Below are positions 30,407 to 39,858 of a stretch of DNA of 64,000 nucleotides, piece after piece. Source of the stretch: an uncultured cyanobacterium (GTDB lineage: Bacteria; Cyanobacteriota; Cyanobacteriia; Cyanobacteriales; CAWCAG01). The DNA lies in contig CAWDOD010000003.1 in the NCBI GenBank assembly GCA_963803805.1, forward strand, positions 352,001 through 416,000, in the 5' to 3' direction. The stretch's first letter is position 1. Each line of letters opens with the position of its first letter. The position numbers and the translations under genes were made by a program. Under the pieces are notes generated by a model. It was not told the DNA's origin. It did no database searches and saw nothing but the letters and a program-made list of their open reading frames with translations.

Positions 30407-31275
30407 AGGTAAAATCCTCTCACCTTAATCTTTTAAGTTACAAAACTCAAGCTACTGACACCACTATTGAAGCGGAGTTAGTGCAGTTTGAGTTGTGGCG
30501 TAGAATGAAAACGGAGCAGAAATATAAATGTTTTAAAAGGTTGTTAAGGAAAGGAACTCAGTTAATTATAATGAGCCTACAACAGCAGTTTCCTGAAATT
30601 TCTCCTCACCAGTTAAGAAAGTATTATCTGAAAAAACGCTGGGGAACTTCTGATTTTGCCAATTCACTTGCTTACTATCAAGGGGGAAAAGATTTAGTTA
30701 TGGAAGATGCCCTTTGGTTAGCTGAACAAATTACTGGTATTTTGGAAAGGTTAGGTATTACCTATTATATTGGTGGTTTTGTTGCTAGTTCTTTACAAGG
30801 GGAGATGAGATATACAGAAGATTTGGATTTAGTGATAGATATACAACCTCAACAGAAACAAGCTTTAATTACAGCAATGGCAGGAGATTATTACATTAGC
30901 GATGTAGCAGTAGAAGAAGCTATAGAAGGAAAGATTTCTTCTTTTAATGTTATTCATTTAGAAACTACAGAAAAAGCTGATATTTTTGTCATGCGGGAAG
31001 ATAGCTTTTCTCAAAAACAAATGTCTAGCCGACAGTTATATGAAACTGGAAATAATACTTTTTCTTTATACATTTGTACTCCAGAAGATAGCATCTTACA
31101 AAGATTGCTTTGGTATAGAATAACTGCTGGGGAATCTCAGAAACAGTGGCGAGATATTTTAGGAGTTTTGAAGTTACAAGGAGAGAAGTTGGATTTTAGC
31201 GATCTTTGGCATTGGGGAGAAAATTTAGGAGTTTTAGCAGATTTAGATCAAGCTTTCATTGAGGCAGGGCTTTAG
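30403..31275 (+). CDS. Two-domain protein: small helical N-terminal domain fused to a nucleotidyltransferase-like domain
   Basis: YYIGGFVASS...RYTEDLDLV (GG..A / RxTxDxD); PEDSIL; SQKQWRDILGVL; ATGA overlap with hpt. Confidence 0.65.
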   Translation: MKVKSSHLNLLSYKTQATDTTIEAELVQFELWRRMKTEQKYKCFKRLLRKGTQLIIMSLQQQFPEISPHQLRKYYLKKRWGTSDFANSLAYYQGGKDLVMEDALWLAEQITGILERLGITYYIGGFVASSLQGEMRYTEDLDLVIDIQPQQKQALITAMAGDYYISDVAVEEAIEGKISSFNVIHLETTEKADIFVMREDSFSQKQMSSRQLYETGNNTFSLYICTPEDSILQRLLWYRITAGESQKQWRDILGVLKLQGEKLDFSDLWHWGENLGVLADLDQAFIEAGL

Positions 31276-31453
31276 CATAAACTGATTGTCTTGGGAGTTT
31301 TGCTAGTTTTACCAGGATTGACCGGATAAAACTAGCCACTAGCTATCAGCAACTAGCAAAGGAACGTGCCATGCGGGGTGGCATCTGAACTAGCAATTAA
31401 CTCTCAATTCTTGGTAGGATTGATGATAATTTGTAATCTTAGTAACATAAATT

Positions 31454-31861
31454 ATGCGTCTAAAACCTTTTTTATCTCGTTTAATGGCTCTGCTTCTCGT
31501 GGTTACTATGGGCTTGATGGGCTGCTCTAGTAACAGTATGACAGGGCTAACAGGAAACTACGGTCAAGATACTCAAACTTTACTTAGTAGTGTTAACACA
31601 AATATTGAGTTACCAGATAATGCCCCTGAACGTATAGAATCTGTTAATCAATTACGGGAACAAATCAACGATTATACTTCTCGCTATCGCAGGGATAGTA
31701 AAGTCGCTGGTTTGCGCTCTTTTACGACTATGCAAACAGCCTTAAATTCTTTGGCAGGCTATTATAGCGCTTATTCTAGCCGTCCTTTATCAGCGAAACT
31801 AAAAAAACGCTTGAAGCAAGAGTTTAAGCAAGTAGAAATTGCTCTGAAGCGGGGAAGGTAA
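31454..31861 (+). CDS. psb27: Photosystem II assembly lipoprotein Psb27
   Basis: Lipobox LMGC; LTGNY; INDYTSRYRR; SFTTMQTALNSLAGYY. Confidence 0.95.
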   Translation: MRLKPFLSRLMALLLVVTMGLMGCSSNSMTGLTGNYGQDTQTLLSSVNTNIELPDNAPERIESVNQLREQINDYTSRYRRDSKVAGLRSFTTMQTALNSLAGYYSAYSSRPLSAKLKKRLKQEFKQVEIALKRGR

Positions 31862-32179
31862 TCAAAATTTAATTGTCATTGTGGCACTAATTTGCCCAGT
31901 TAGGGTTTGAGAAATCAGGCCCAATTTTTTTATTTACATTAGCCTAAATGTTTAACAGCAACACGACAGGAATTGTGTTAGCTATTTTCACTCAGTGTCC
32001 GGAACTAAAGTATATTTAACTGAATCATTAAGGGAAACTTAACTTGAAGGATTACCAAACCTAAGTTATTGGTTGCATTTAACACTTAAGGTCAAATCCC
32101 TTATAGTATCTGTTTATCGAGTGTATCTAAACCACTACTAATAGAAACAAGAGTATCAATTTTATAGTTAAGCGATTCC

Positions 32180-33752
32180 ATGAAATCACCTGCAAAAACC
32201 CTACTTGTAAAATCTCAATCTGGAAGAAAACGCACTTTAAACTCTTTGGTAACAGGGTTGGTGACTATAAGTGGTTTGTTAACCCAATGTCTTTTTAGTG
32301 TTCCAGTTAGCGCTCAAACCAGAGAATATTGTCGCTTTAATGCCCAAGCAGTTACTGAGAAGGAAAACCTTCGCCAAGCTTGGGTTAAAGGAGAGACAAA
32401 CGCAGAAGCAAATTATCAAAATATGGTCATCAAGCATGGGGATCTTTTAAACCTATGTCGTTCTCGCAATTGGCCAAGATCCCAAGGAATTTGGTTACGT
32501 CTCTATCCCTGCGATGCGAAATCAGGAGTTTTGGAGCAAACCTTAGACCGTATTGTTAATTTAGGCTACAACGAAGTTTATATAGAAACCTTTGGTAATA
32601 GTCAAGTTCTTTTACCTGCGGCTGATAACCCAACTCCTTGGCTTTCGATGTTACGGAGTCCTGGGGACGAGAATCGAGATTTATTAGCTGAGGTGATTGA
32701 GAAAGGGCGTAAAAGGGGGTTAAAGGTTAATGCCTGGATGTTCTCGATGAACTTTGGTTATGCCTATGGCCAAAGTCCCCAGACAAATAGTACCTTAGCT
32801 TTAAATGGTCAGGGAGATAATAGTTTGGCTTTTGATGTGGGGCATTCAGAAGCTTTTATTGATCCGTACAATTCCCAAGCCCAGCAACAGTATAGCCAGT
32901 TGGTGCGGGAAGTGGCCAAAAGGAAGCCTGATGAAATCATGTTTGATTATATTCGCTATCCCCGTGGTACAGGGGCAGCTTCTGTGGCTAGCAAAGTAAA
33001 AGATTTGTGGATTTATAGTGATGCTTCACGGGAAACTTTGTTGCGGCGATCGCTTAATAATCGCGGTAAGTTATTAATTGAGAGATATCTAGCTCAAGGC
33101 TCTCTTAAAACGCAAGATTTCCAGGATATGGTTCGTTTATATCCTGATGAAAGGGCCTCCTCTTTGGCAAGGGCGTACACCTACCCCCCAAGAACAAACC
33201 CAGTTAGACAAGCAATCAACAGATCCTGCCCAAACTACTAAATTAGTTAACTCTATTTATGATGGGGCATTACGTAATAAGATCCAACAAGAATTATGGA
33301 ATCTTAGTGTTGCCCATGCTGCCCAAGGGGTAATTGATTTTCTTTCCTTAGCATCTCGCATTTCTGAAAGTCAAGGTATTCCTGCGGGGGCTGTCTTTTT
33401 CCCCTATGGTAATCGAGGGGTAGGGCAACAAGGATATGATTCTCGCCTCCAACCTTGGGATCAATTCCCTGATACGATCAGATTGCATCCTATGTCTTAC
33501 GCTGTTTGCAACGAAGCTAATTGTATTGTAGATGAGGTTGAATGGGTGATGAAAGGAGCTAAAAATAAAACCAATAAGGTTATGCCCGTTTTAGCAGGGG
33601 TTTGGGGGGCTTCCCATACAGGTCGTCCTTCCTTAGAGATTCAAATGGCAGCACTACAGCAAGAATTTCCTCAAATTAATGCTGTGAGCCATTTTGCTTT
33701 TTCTTGGCAAGAACCTGAGTATACTGCGGCTCGTAAGCGTTGCCAAATTTAA
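32180..33752 (+). pseudogene. DUF187 / GH10-like (GHL10) exported glycoside hydrolase, split by a +1 frameshift near 33150
   Basis: GIWLRLYPCD, GYNEVYIE, FDYIRYPRG in ORF1; removing one A at 33150-33152 joins YPDE to GPPLWQGR...HPMSY...VSHFAFSWQEP. Confidence 0.8.
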
Positions 33753-33820
33753 GTTGGTTTATTTGATGACTTAGTGTCGGCATTTTGTTACTATATCAAT
33801 GACTTAGTTACAAAATGCCT

Positions 33821-33901
33821 GCGGACGTGGCGGAATTGGTAGACGCGCTAGATTTAGGTTCTAGTGTCTTTGATGTGAGAGTTCGAGTCTCTCCGTCCGC
33901 A
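33821..33901 (+). tRNA. trnL: tRNA-Leu (anticodon TAG)
   Basis: GCGGACG/CGTCCGC acceptor stem, GGAATTGGTAGAC D-loop, CTAGA-TTTAGGT-TCTAG anticodon arm, long variable arm, GTTCGAGT T-loop. Confidence 0.97.
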
Positions 33902-33921
33902 TATTAAAGTTAAGCTGTTAT

Positions 33922-33954
33922 AAAAAGACTGCCACTCAACAAAGAATAGCAGTC
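33922..33954 (-). terminator. Intrinsic terminator of a minus-strand transcript
   Basis: GACTGCTATTC-tttgtt-GAGTGGCAGTC-TTTTT; two G-U pairs close the stem only on the minus strand. Confidence 0.8.
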
Positions 33955-34178
33955 ACTCAACCAAGGTGTTTGCGATAATGTACGGTTTATCTCTTACTAC
34001 GGAGAAAAGCTATCAACCGAAAAGCTTTCAACCTTTATGACCAAATTAATTAATTAACTGGTGATAAAAATTGCTGCGCTTTTGGGAATAATCAATGAGA
34101 TGCTGGGAGTTGGATTTGGGGGAAAGGGTTGAGCATCTCATTTCTCCCGCCAGCAGCAAAGAGTTTTTTCTTTGCCAT
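33922..34178 (-). ncRNA. Candidate ~255-nt structured sRNA (possibly a PmgR1/Ncr0700-like conserved cyanobacterial RNA)
   Basis: TAATGT -10 at 34188-34183; 11-bp stem 34094-34142; minus-strand-only terminator 33954-33922; no long ORF. Confidence 0.6.
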
Positions 34179-34477
34179 ATATACATTAATCAAAAATCGG
34201 CCTTGTGAGTGTGAGCTTAGAAGGGAGCTTTAGTGATCAAGAAAACTACGATATTGTGACTGAAATTACTGATTTTCCGTCTATTAGGTTGTATTGGCTG
34301 CTTTTCGAGTATTTTCTCTTACATACGGTCTATTATAGCTGTTTTCAGCGTGTTTTCCCTTACAAAACACTATATCATTGAGAAAAAAGCGCCGTTCGGG
34401 AATAAAAGTTCGAGAATTCCGTCATCTACTACTGAACAGATTTTATTCCCGACTAGTGGTTTTAGCTGAAATATTTC

Positions 34478-35128
34478 ATGACTCGTGTATCTAGTTTAAT
34501 TTCTCAAGGTGGCCCAATTATGTGGCCTTTTCTTGCTTTATCGGTAATCACTGTAGCTTGTGCCATTGAACGTGGTTGGTTTTGGTTACGACTGTTAACT
34601 CAAGAAAATCGCATCGTTACAGAAGTACTTGAAGCCGCCAGTTACGATCTCGATAAGGCGGCGGAAATTGCTAAATTAGCCCAAAAATTACCCATTGGGC
34701 GCTTTTTGATTGCACCTTTAAAGTTGAAAAAGCCTACTCCGGAAACCTTTCGTTTAGCTATGGAAGCAGCAGGCGATCGCGAGTTTATAAAGATGCGGGC
34801 AGGAGATAAAATCTTAGAAACTATTGTTGCGGTATCTCCTTTGTTAGGCTTGTTGGGTACGGTGACAGGGTTGATTAGTACTTTTAATAACCTGAACATC
34901 GGCAGTGGTGGTTCCACAGAAGAATCTGCTGGGGTAGCCCAAGGTATTGGCGAGGCTCTTCTAACCACTGCTACGGGTATGATAGTAGCAATTATGGCTT
35001 TGTTAATATTTCGTACCTTAGTAGCTTTGCAATCTCAGCAAATGGACTATTTTTATGAGGTAGGAAGCGAATTAGAATTAATTTATCGTCAGGTTTGGTA
35101 TGAACCTTCTCTGTTGGATGATCGCTAA
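34478..35128 (+). CDS. MotA/TolQ/ExbB proton channel family protein
   Basis: GGPIMWP, SPLLGLLGTVTGLI, GIGEALLTTATG. Confidence 0.93.
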   Translation: MTRVSSLISQGGPIMWPFLALSVITVACAIERGWFWLRLLTQENRIVTEVLEAASYDLDKAAEIAKLAQKLPIGRFLIAPLKLKKPTPETFRLAMEAAGDREFIKMRAGDKILETIVAVSPLLGLLGTVTGLISTFNNLNIGSGGSTEESAGVAQGIGEALLTTATGMIVAIMALLIFRTLVALQSQQMDYFYEVGSELELIYRQVWYEPSLLDDR

Positions 35129-35209
35129 TTACTTTAGGCAGTGGTAATTAGAAGTGATTATTACTTACGATACCAGAGAGGAATGATAAATGTTTAGTGA
35201 TAAATGACA

Positions 35210-38200
35210 TTACCTAACTTCCACAACCTCTTTGAGTTTAATTGGCAAATCAAGATCCCGATATTGCTTCTTAATCTTTAACATTGTCTCTATGGCTTTC
35301 GCCTTATCTTTAATCACTACTGTTAATGACTGCCTAGTAAGAATTTTAGCCACAATCGTAGCTGCTTGTTTGCTTTTTTGCGCTTCTGTGGCTAGGAAAT
35401 TAAAAATACGTTCTTTGGCAACTTTGCCGCAATTAACACCAGATAAAACTGTAATAAAATAGGGGGATAATTCCTCCAACCTTTCTGGATTATCCTTGGC
35501 ATAATTTGCTAAATAATTAGTAGTGAACTTTTGCATATCCTGACTAGGATGTTCGCTAAATTTAAGTAGATATTGATAGCCATAATTCGGTTGGAAATAG
35601 CGACTTAGTAAATCCCTACCAAACCGCCGCGCTTTTTCATTGGTACTATCACAAACACTCACCATAACATCTGGTGTCCAATCTTCTTCTCTAAAATCCC
35701 CAAAAACCTGCAAAGCAAACTGCCGTGAGTCTTCCCACTTCGCTTCTAACAAACGCACTGCCACTAACATTTCTTCTGGATTACTGCGAATGCGGGATAA
35801 ACTGGCACTAAACATTTCCCAAGCAGCTTGCCGCACTGCTAAAATTTCATGGTTAGCAAGTTGGACAATTTCCCTAGTACTAAATTCACTCAAGAAGCGG
35901 AGGTAATTTTCTTGCAACAAAATCCCTCCTAACTCTTGTACTACAGAGGACTTGCTGCGTAGTAGTTCCATGGTTTGAGAGTGAGTAATGCTACTTTGCC
36001 AATAGGGAATCTCTTGTTGCAACAGGTTGACTAAATCTTTGTGTATCCCTTCATGGCTTTCCGGTTCCACTAATAAATCAAGGAAATCTGTAGCCAACTG
36101 CCAAGCGAAATCTCTCTGTCCGGCAGTTATACGCCTAAGGATAGGACGAATAATATTGCGGATATCAGAATTAGCATTAACTGCCATCGCTACTAGGAAG
36201 AGGCGATCGCCCCTTAAGATTTCATCTGGTAATTGCCCAAATAACCTGACGCCGATTGTTCTTACTTGTTCATAGGTAGAAGCGAGGAGAGACTCTAATA
36301 AATGAGGAGGCAAGTCTGCTGGGGCAATTTGATGATGTAAAAGAATTGTTGCCCCCACAACCTGTACTTCTATTAACGGAGAGGCAAGTAAGTCTTCAAT
36401 GACACCAAAACCAAGGTTACGCAGTTGTAAAGTGAAGCTGGTTAGTAAGATTTCACCAATATCCTGCGCCATCTCCCCTTGTTCTGGAGACAATGCTAAC
36501 AAGGTAGCAATAACTTGAGCAATTAGAATTTTAGCATTGGTATCACTTAATGTTGCTGCATTTAATAAACGGCGGGCAAAATTTCGGCTGTCGGAGTATG
36601 AACTAGTAATTAAACTGACAAGAAAACCATCCGCTAATAAAAAGTATTCTCTTTGGGCTTCAATCCATTGATAGCCTTGTTCCCTAGCGGCTTGAGAAGG
36701 ACAATTAACTACAGCTAATACTAACTCTAAGTTAGGTTCTTCTGGGTTATAGCGATCGCGGATTAAGGCAAAGGCTAGTTGGATAGTAGCCGAGTAAGGT
36801 TTGTTGATTAAGGTAATTAAGGTTGCTGTATCGAGTTCCCCACAAAAGTCACTGCAACACTGCAACGCTTTTGTAGCAAAATCATGTACTGGAGTACAAT
36901 TACTTTGTAACAGCAATCGCAATAATACTTCCGGTTGTTGTTCCCATAATTGCGGGAATGCCTCCTCCCTCACTTCTGGTACAGGATCACCTGGTTTATA
37001 CCCTTCCTGACATCGCCAAGCTTTAGAATTACTTATCAAAACGTAGCGGGGGCTATTGGTATAGAGGATATGGTTGAAAGTTAAGTAGCCAGCAAAAGTA
37101 TCCCAATCGCTTGTATAACTATGATAAGTTTGATTAACAATATCCCAACGATAACGAGTTCCCTTCTTAACTTCCTGACGATCTGCATCACTATATTGCA
37201 ACAATACCTCTGCTGCTAAAGGAACATAATCTGTTTCCCCCTCATTCCCCAAACGTCGTAAGGTTCGCCAAACCCGCCGTTGCAAATACTCACGGGTGGC
37301 ACTGCTATAAGCAATTCTAGCATCGGGACGCTGCATTTCCTCTTGGAAAGGACTTTGTTCAAGTTCTTCATAACTACGAGTTTCACGATTGTACAGCCTA
37401 TTCCTTTTATTCAAATAACCAATATTTTTATGGTAAACTCCCCAGCTTTTGCTACGATACATTGCTTTTTCTGTTTCCAAGCGATGGGCAATAATTGCTA
37501 AAGCTTCCCCATCACGGCGATATTCAGCCATCTTGAAAATATGGCGAATGCTACGAAAATAGTTAGGAACAAAGTTAGCTGTACTTACAATATGGAGTAA
37601 AGCAGGGCGTACAGACTCATTATCAACTTGATAAATGGTATCAATTACCGGAAAATTCTCATAATTACCATCATGTAAATACTCCTCAAGCCTTTGCTGA
37701 AAGTCTGTTGCAGAACCACCACTCGCTACTTGAAACAAGGATATTGGCAAATCTCGTAACTTAGCTTGTCTCATTTCCGTTCGAGAATCGGCATCCGACA
37801 ACTTATAAGCAGCTTCCCAAGCAATACGTCGGACAAACTCTGGTTGAGACTCACTTTGGCATAACTCTCGCAACACCGGAATTGTAGTTTCATCACCACA
37901 CCAACCCAAACTCCAAGCAATGCAGTAATCCCGCAAAGGTTCCCCTGTTCCCAAAAGAGAAATCAATAAAGGTGTTGCTGCTGTAATTTTCAGTTCCCCA
38001 GCCCGCCAAATCACCCGATCTAAAGGCCATTTTTTATCATCACTACCGTTAGCTAAGGAAGTTAAAATAGCTTGGTTACGCGACTCTTTGCTTATAGGTT
38101 TAAGTTCCCGCCTACTTTGCTGTTGACTAACCTCTTTATATCCCTTCTTCGTCTTCGAGGTAACTAACTTCGTAAAAGTTTGTTCTGCTTTCGCTAAAGT

Positions 38201-38365
38201 TACAGATTCTGAGGTTTTGGTTCCCTCCTTTAAATTTCCACCACGCTTGCCGTAGCGAAAGTTAACTAAGTAGCGATCTTCCCCCACATAGCATAAATCG
38301 ACTTCGTAAACTTTGTCGGAATTTTCTGCTTGGTAGTGGAGTGTAGTGCGTTTAATTAGTTCCAT
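35210..38365 (-). CDS. Large WGR-domain / HEAT(ARM)-repeat protein
   Basis: N-terminal SDKVYEV...VNFRYGKRG...SKTKKGY (WGR); then IWRAGEL, IAWSLGWCG and long HEAT-like helical repeats. Confidence 0.8.
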   Translation of the reverse strand: MELIKRTTLHYQAENSDKVYEVDLCYVGEDRYLVNFRYGKRGGNLKEGTKTSESVTLAKAEQTFTKLVTSKTKKGYKEVSQQQSRRELKPISKESRNQAILTSLANGSDDKKWPLDRVIWRAGELKITAATPLLISLLGTGEPLRDYCIAWSLGWCGDETTIPVLRELCQSESQPEFVRRIAWEAAYKLSDADSRTEMRQAKLRDLPISLFQVASGGSATDFQQRLEEYLHDGNYENFPVIDTIYQVDNESVRPALLHIVSTANFVPNYFRSIRHIFKMAEYRRDGEALAIIAHRLETEKAMYRSKSWGVYHKNIGYLNKRNRLYNRETRSYEELEQSPFQEEMQRPDARIAYSSATREYLQRRVWRTLRRLGNEGETDYVPLAAEVLLQYSDADRQEVKKGTRYRWDIVNQTYHSYTSDWDTFAGYLTFNHILYTNSPRYVLISNSKAWRCQEGYKPGDPVPEVREEAFPQLWEQQPEVLLRLLLQSNCTPVHDFATKALQCCSDFCGELDTATLITLINKPYSATIQLAFALIRDRYNPEEPNLELVLAVVNCPSQAAREQGYQWIEAQREYFLLADGFLVSLITSSYSDSRNFARRLLNAATLSDTNAKILIAQVIATLLALSPEQGEMAQDIGEILLTSFTLQLRNLGFGVIEDLLASPLIEVQVVGATILLHHQIAPADLPPHLLESLLASTYEQVRTIGVRLFGQLPDEILRGDRLFLVAMAVNANSDIRNIIRPILRRITAGQRDFAWQLATDFLDLLVEPESHEGIHKDLVNLLQQEIPYWQSSITHSQTMELLRSKSSVVQELGGILLQENYLRFLSEFSTREIVQLANHEILAVRQAAWEMFSASLSRIRSNPEEMLVAVRLLEAKWEDSRQFALQVFGDFREEDWTPDVMVSVCDSTNEKARRFGRDLLSRYFQPNYGYQYLLKFSEHPSQDMQKFTTNYLANYAKDNPERLEELSPYFITVLSGVNCGKVAKERIFNFLATEAQKSKQAATIVAKILTRQSLTVVIKDKAKAIETMLKIKKQYRDLDLPIKLKEVVEVR

Positions 38366-38465
38366 AACCGGTTTGTCAATAATCAGTTATCAATGTACGG
38401 CAAGCTGTTGATGTTGGCATCAACGATTAGTTGTTACTCTTATTTTTCGATGGTGACATGACTAA

Positions 38466-38540
38466 GAGAACTCCAATAAATAAAATATCCTCACCAAGTA
38501 TAAGATTTTAGCAACTAGCGACTAGCGACTAGCTAATAGC
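38466..38540 (+). repeat. Dispersed repeat, inverted copy at 62841-62922, with CTAGCRA heptamer tail
   Basis: GAGAACTYCAATAAATAAAATATCCTCACCAAGTATAAGATTTTAGCAACTAGC shared with one mismatch. Confidence 0.9.
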
Positions 38541-38752
38541 TCTCTCTAAGTAGTTTGTCTAGCACTAATGTACTATAGGAATGGTTGTTCGCCTAGTTTT
38601 TGATTTAAGTTTCTTAAACTTCCTGTTACTCCCTTTCTCCATTTCCAAATTTAGGCGAAATTTTAGCAACTTTCTCTGTAGAAAAATACTCTTGAGTAGT
38701 GGGAAGGATTAACTACCAGAACTAGCCATCATTACAACCTCAAAATTCTTTT

Positions 38753-39757
38753 ATGACTTTGACAAAAGAGACTATCAATTTAGTACAGAATCACCAATCT
38801 AATTTAGCAGTTGCCTATAGCGACATTGAAGCAGCAGCAAAAAACGGTTGTGGAGTTGTGCATCGAACTCCTGTAGTTACTTCCACCACTATAAACAAAA
38901 AAACCGATAGTCAGGTTTTTTTCAAGTGTGAAAACTTCCAACGTGCAGGTTCTTTTAAATTTCGTGGTGCTTACAATTCCTTATCTGGGCTATCCTCCAG
39001 TCAAAAGCAACGGGGAGTAATTGCTTACTCTTCAGGGAATCATGCCCAAGCGATCGCCTTAGCTGGTAAACTCTTAAATATTCCCTGTACCATTGTCATG
39101 CCCAACAATGCACCGGATGTCAAAATTGCAGCTACTCGCGGTTATGGTGCAGAAGTAATTCTCTACGATCCAACCACAACAGATAGGGAGAAATTCACCC
39201 AAGGAATCTCCTCAGAGAAGGGTTTGAAGATTATTCCTCCTTATAACTATGCACCCACAGTAGCAGGACAAGGAACAGCCGCTAAAGAACTAATTGAGGA
39301 AGTCGGAGAATTAGACTTATTGTTAGTCCCCTGTGGTGGTGGAGGCTTATTATCTGGTTGTGCGATCGCCGCCAAGACTCTCTCTCCCCAATGTCGAATT
39401 ATTGGTGTAGAACCCAAGCAAGCTGATGATGCTACCCGTTCTTTTCATACGGGGGTTCTGCACAAAGTTAATAACCCTGATACCATTGCTGATGGGGCAA
39501 GAACTCCTTGTTTAGGAGAGATCAACTTTCCTTTAGTACTGCATTATGTAGATGATATGGTGACTGTTTCAGAAGAAGCAATCATGACGACAATGTTCTT
39601 CCTGTGGGAGCGCTTAAAAATTGTTGTAGAACCTACAGGTTCCCTTGCAGCAGCAGCTTTACTTCAAGGAGTTGTAACCTATCCCAAAGCAAAAATTGGC
39701 GTCATTATCAGTGGTGGTAATGTATCTTTGTCTAGTATGAGGGAGTGGGGTAAGTAA
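38753..39757 (+). CDS. PLP-dependent serine/threonine dehydratase family (threo-3-hydroxyaspartate ammonia-lyase-like)
   Basis: FKCENFQRAGSFKFRGA, SSGNHAQ, PCGGGGL, VEPTG, ISGGN. Confidence 0.9.
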   Translation: MTLTKETINLVQNHQSNLAVAYSDIEAAAKNGCGVVHRTPVVTSTTINKKTDSQVFFKCENFQRAGSFKFRGAYNSLSGLSSSQKQRGVIAYSSGNHAQAIALAGKLLNIPCTIVMPNNAPDVKIAATRGYGAEVILYDPTTTDREKFTQGISSEKGLKIIPPYNYAPTVAGQGTAAKELIEEVGELDLLLVPCGGGGLLSGCAIAAKTLSPQCRIIGVEPKQADDATRSFHTGVLHKVNNPDTIADGARTPCLGEINFPLVLHYVDDMVTVSEEAIMTTMFFLWERLKIVVEPTGSLAAAALLQGVVTYPKAKIGVIISGGNVSLSSMREWGK

Positions 39758-39847
39758 TAAGTAATAAGTAATAAGTTTTGAATCTACTCGAACTTTATGG
39801 CAACGGAGTTCGTGAACCCATTACCCATTACCCATTACCCATTACCC
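39751..39847. repeat. Short tandem heptamer repeats (STRR-like): (TAAGTAA)3 and (ACCCATT)4 flanking a small hairpin
   Basis: Read directly; similar heptamer runs at ~11337-11378, 14566-14595, 38511-38540 and 62841-62880. Confidence 0.85.
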
Positions 39848-39858
39848 CTCAATCTCCC

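Noticed and set aside
39751-39847. Tandem repeats considered as a CRISPR array
   Set aside because: These are 7-nt units without unique spacers. No repeat-spacer array or cas gene was seen anywhere in the window.
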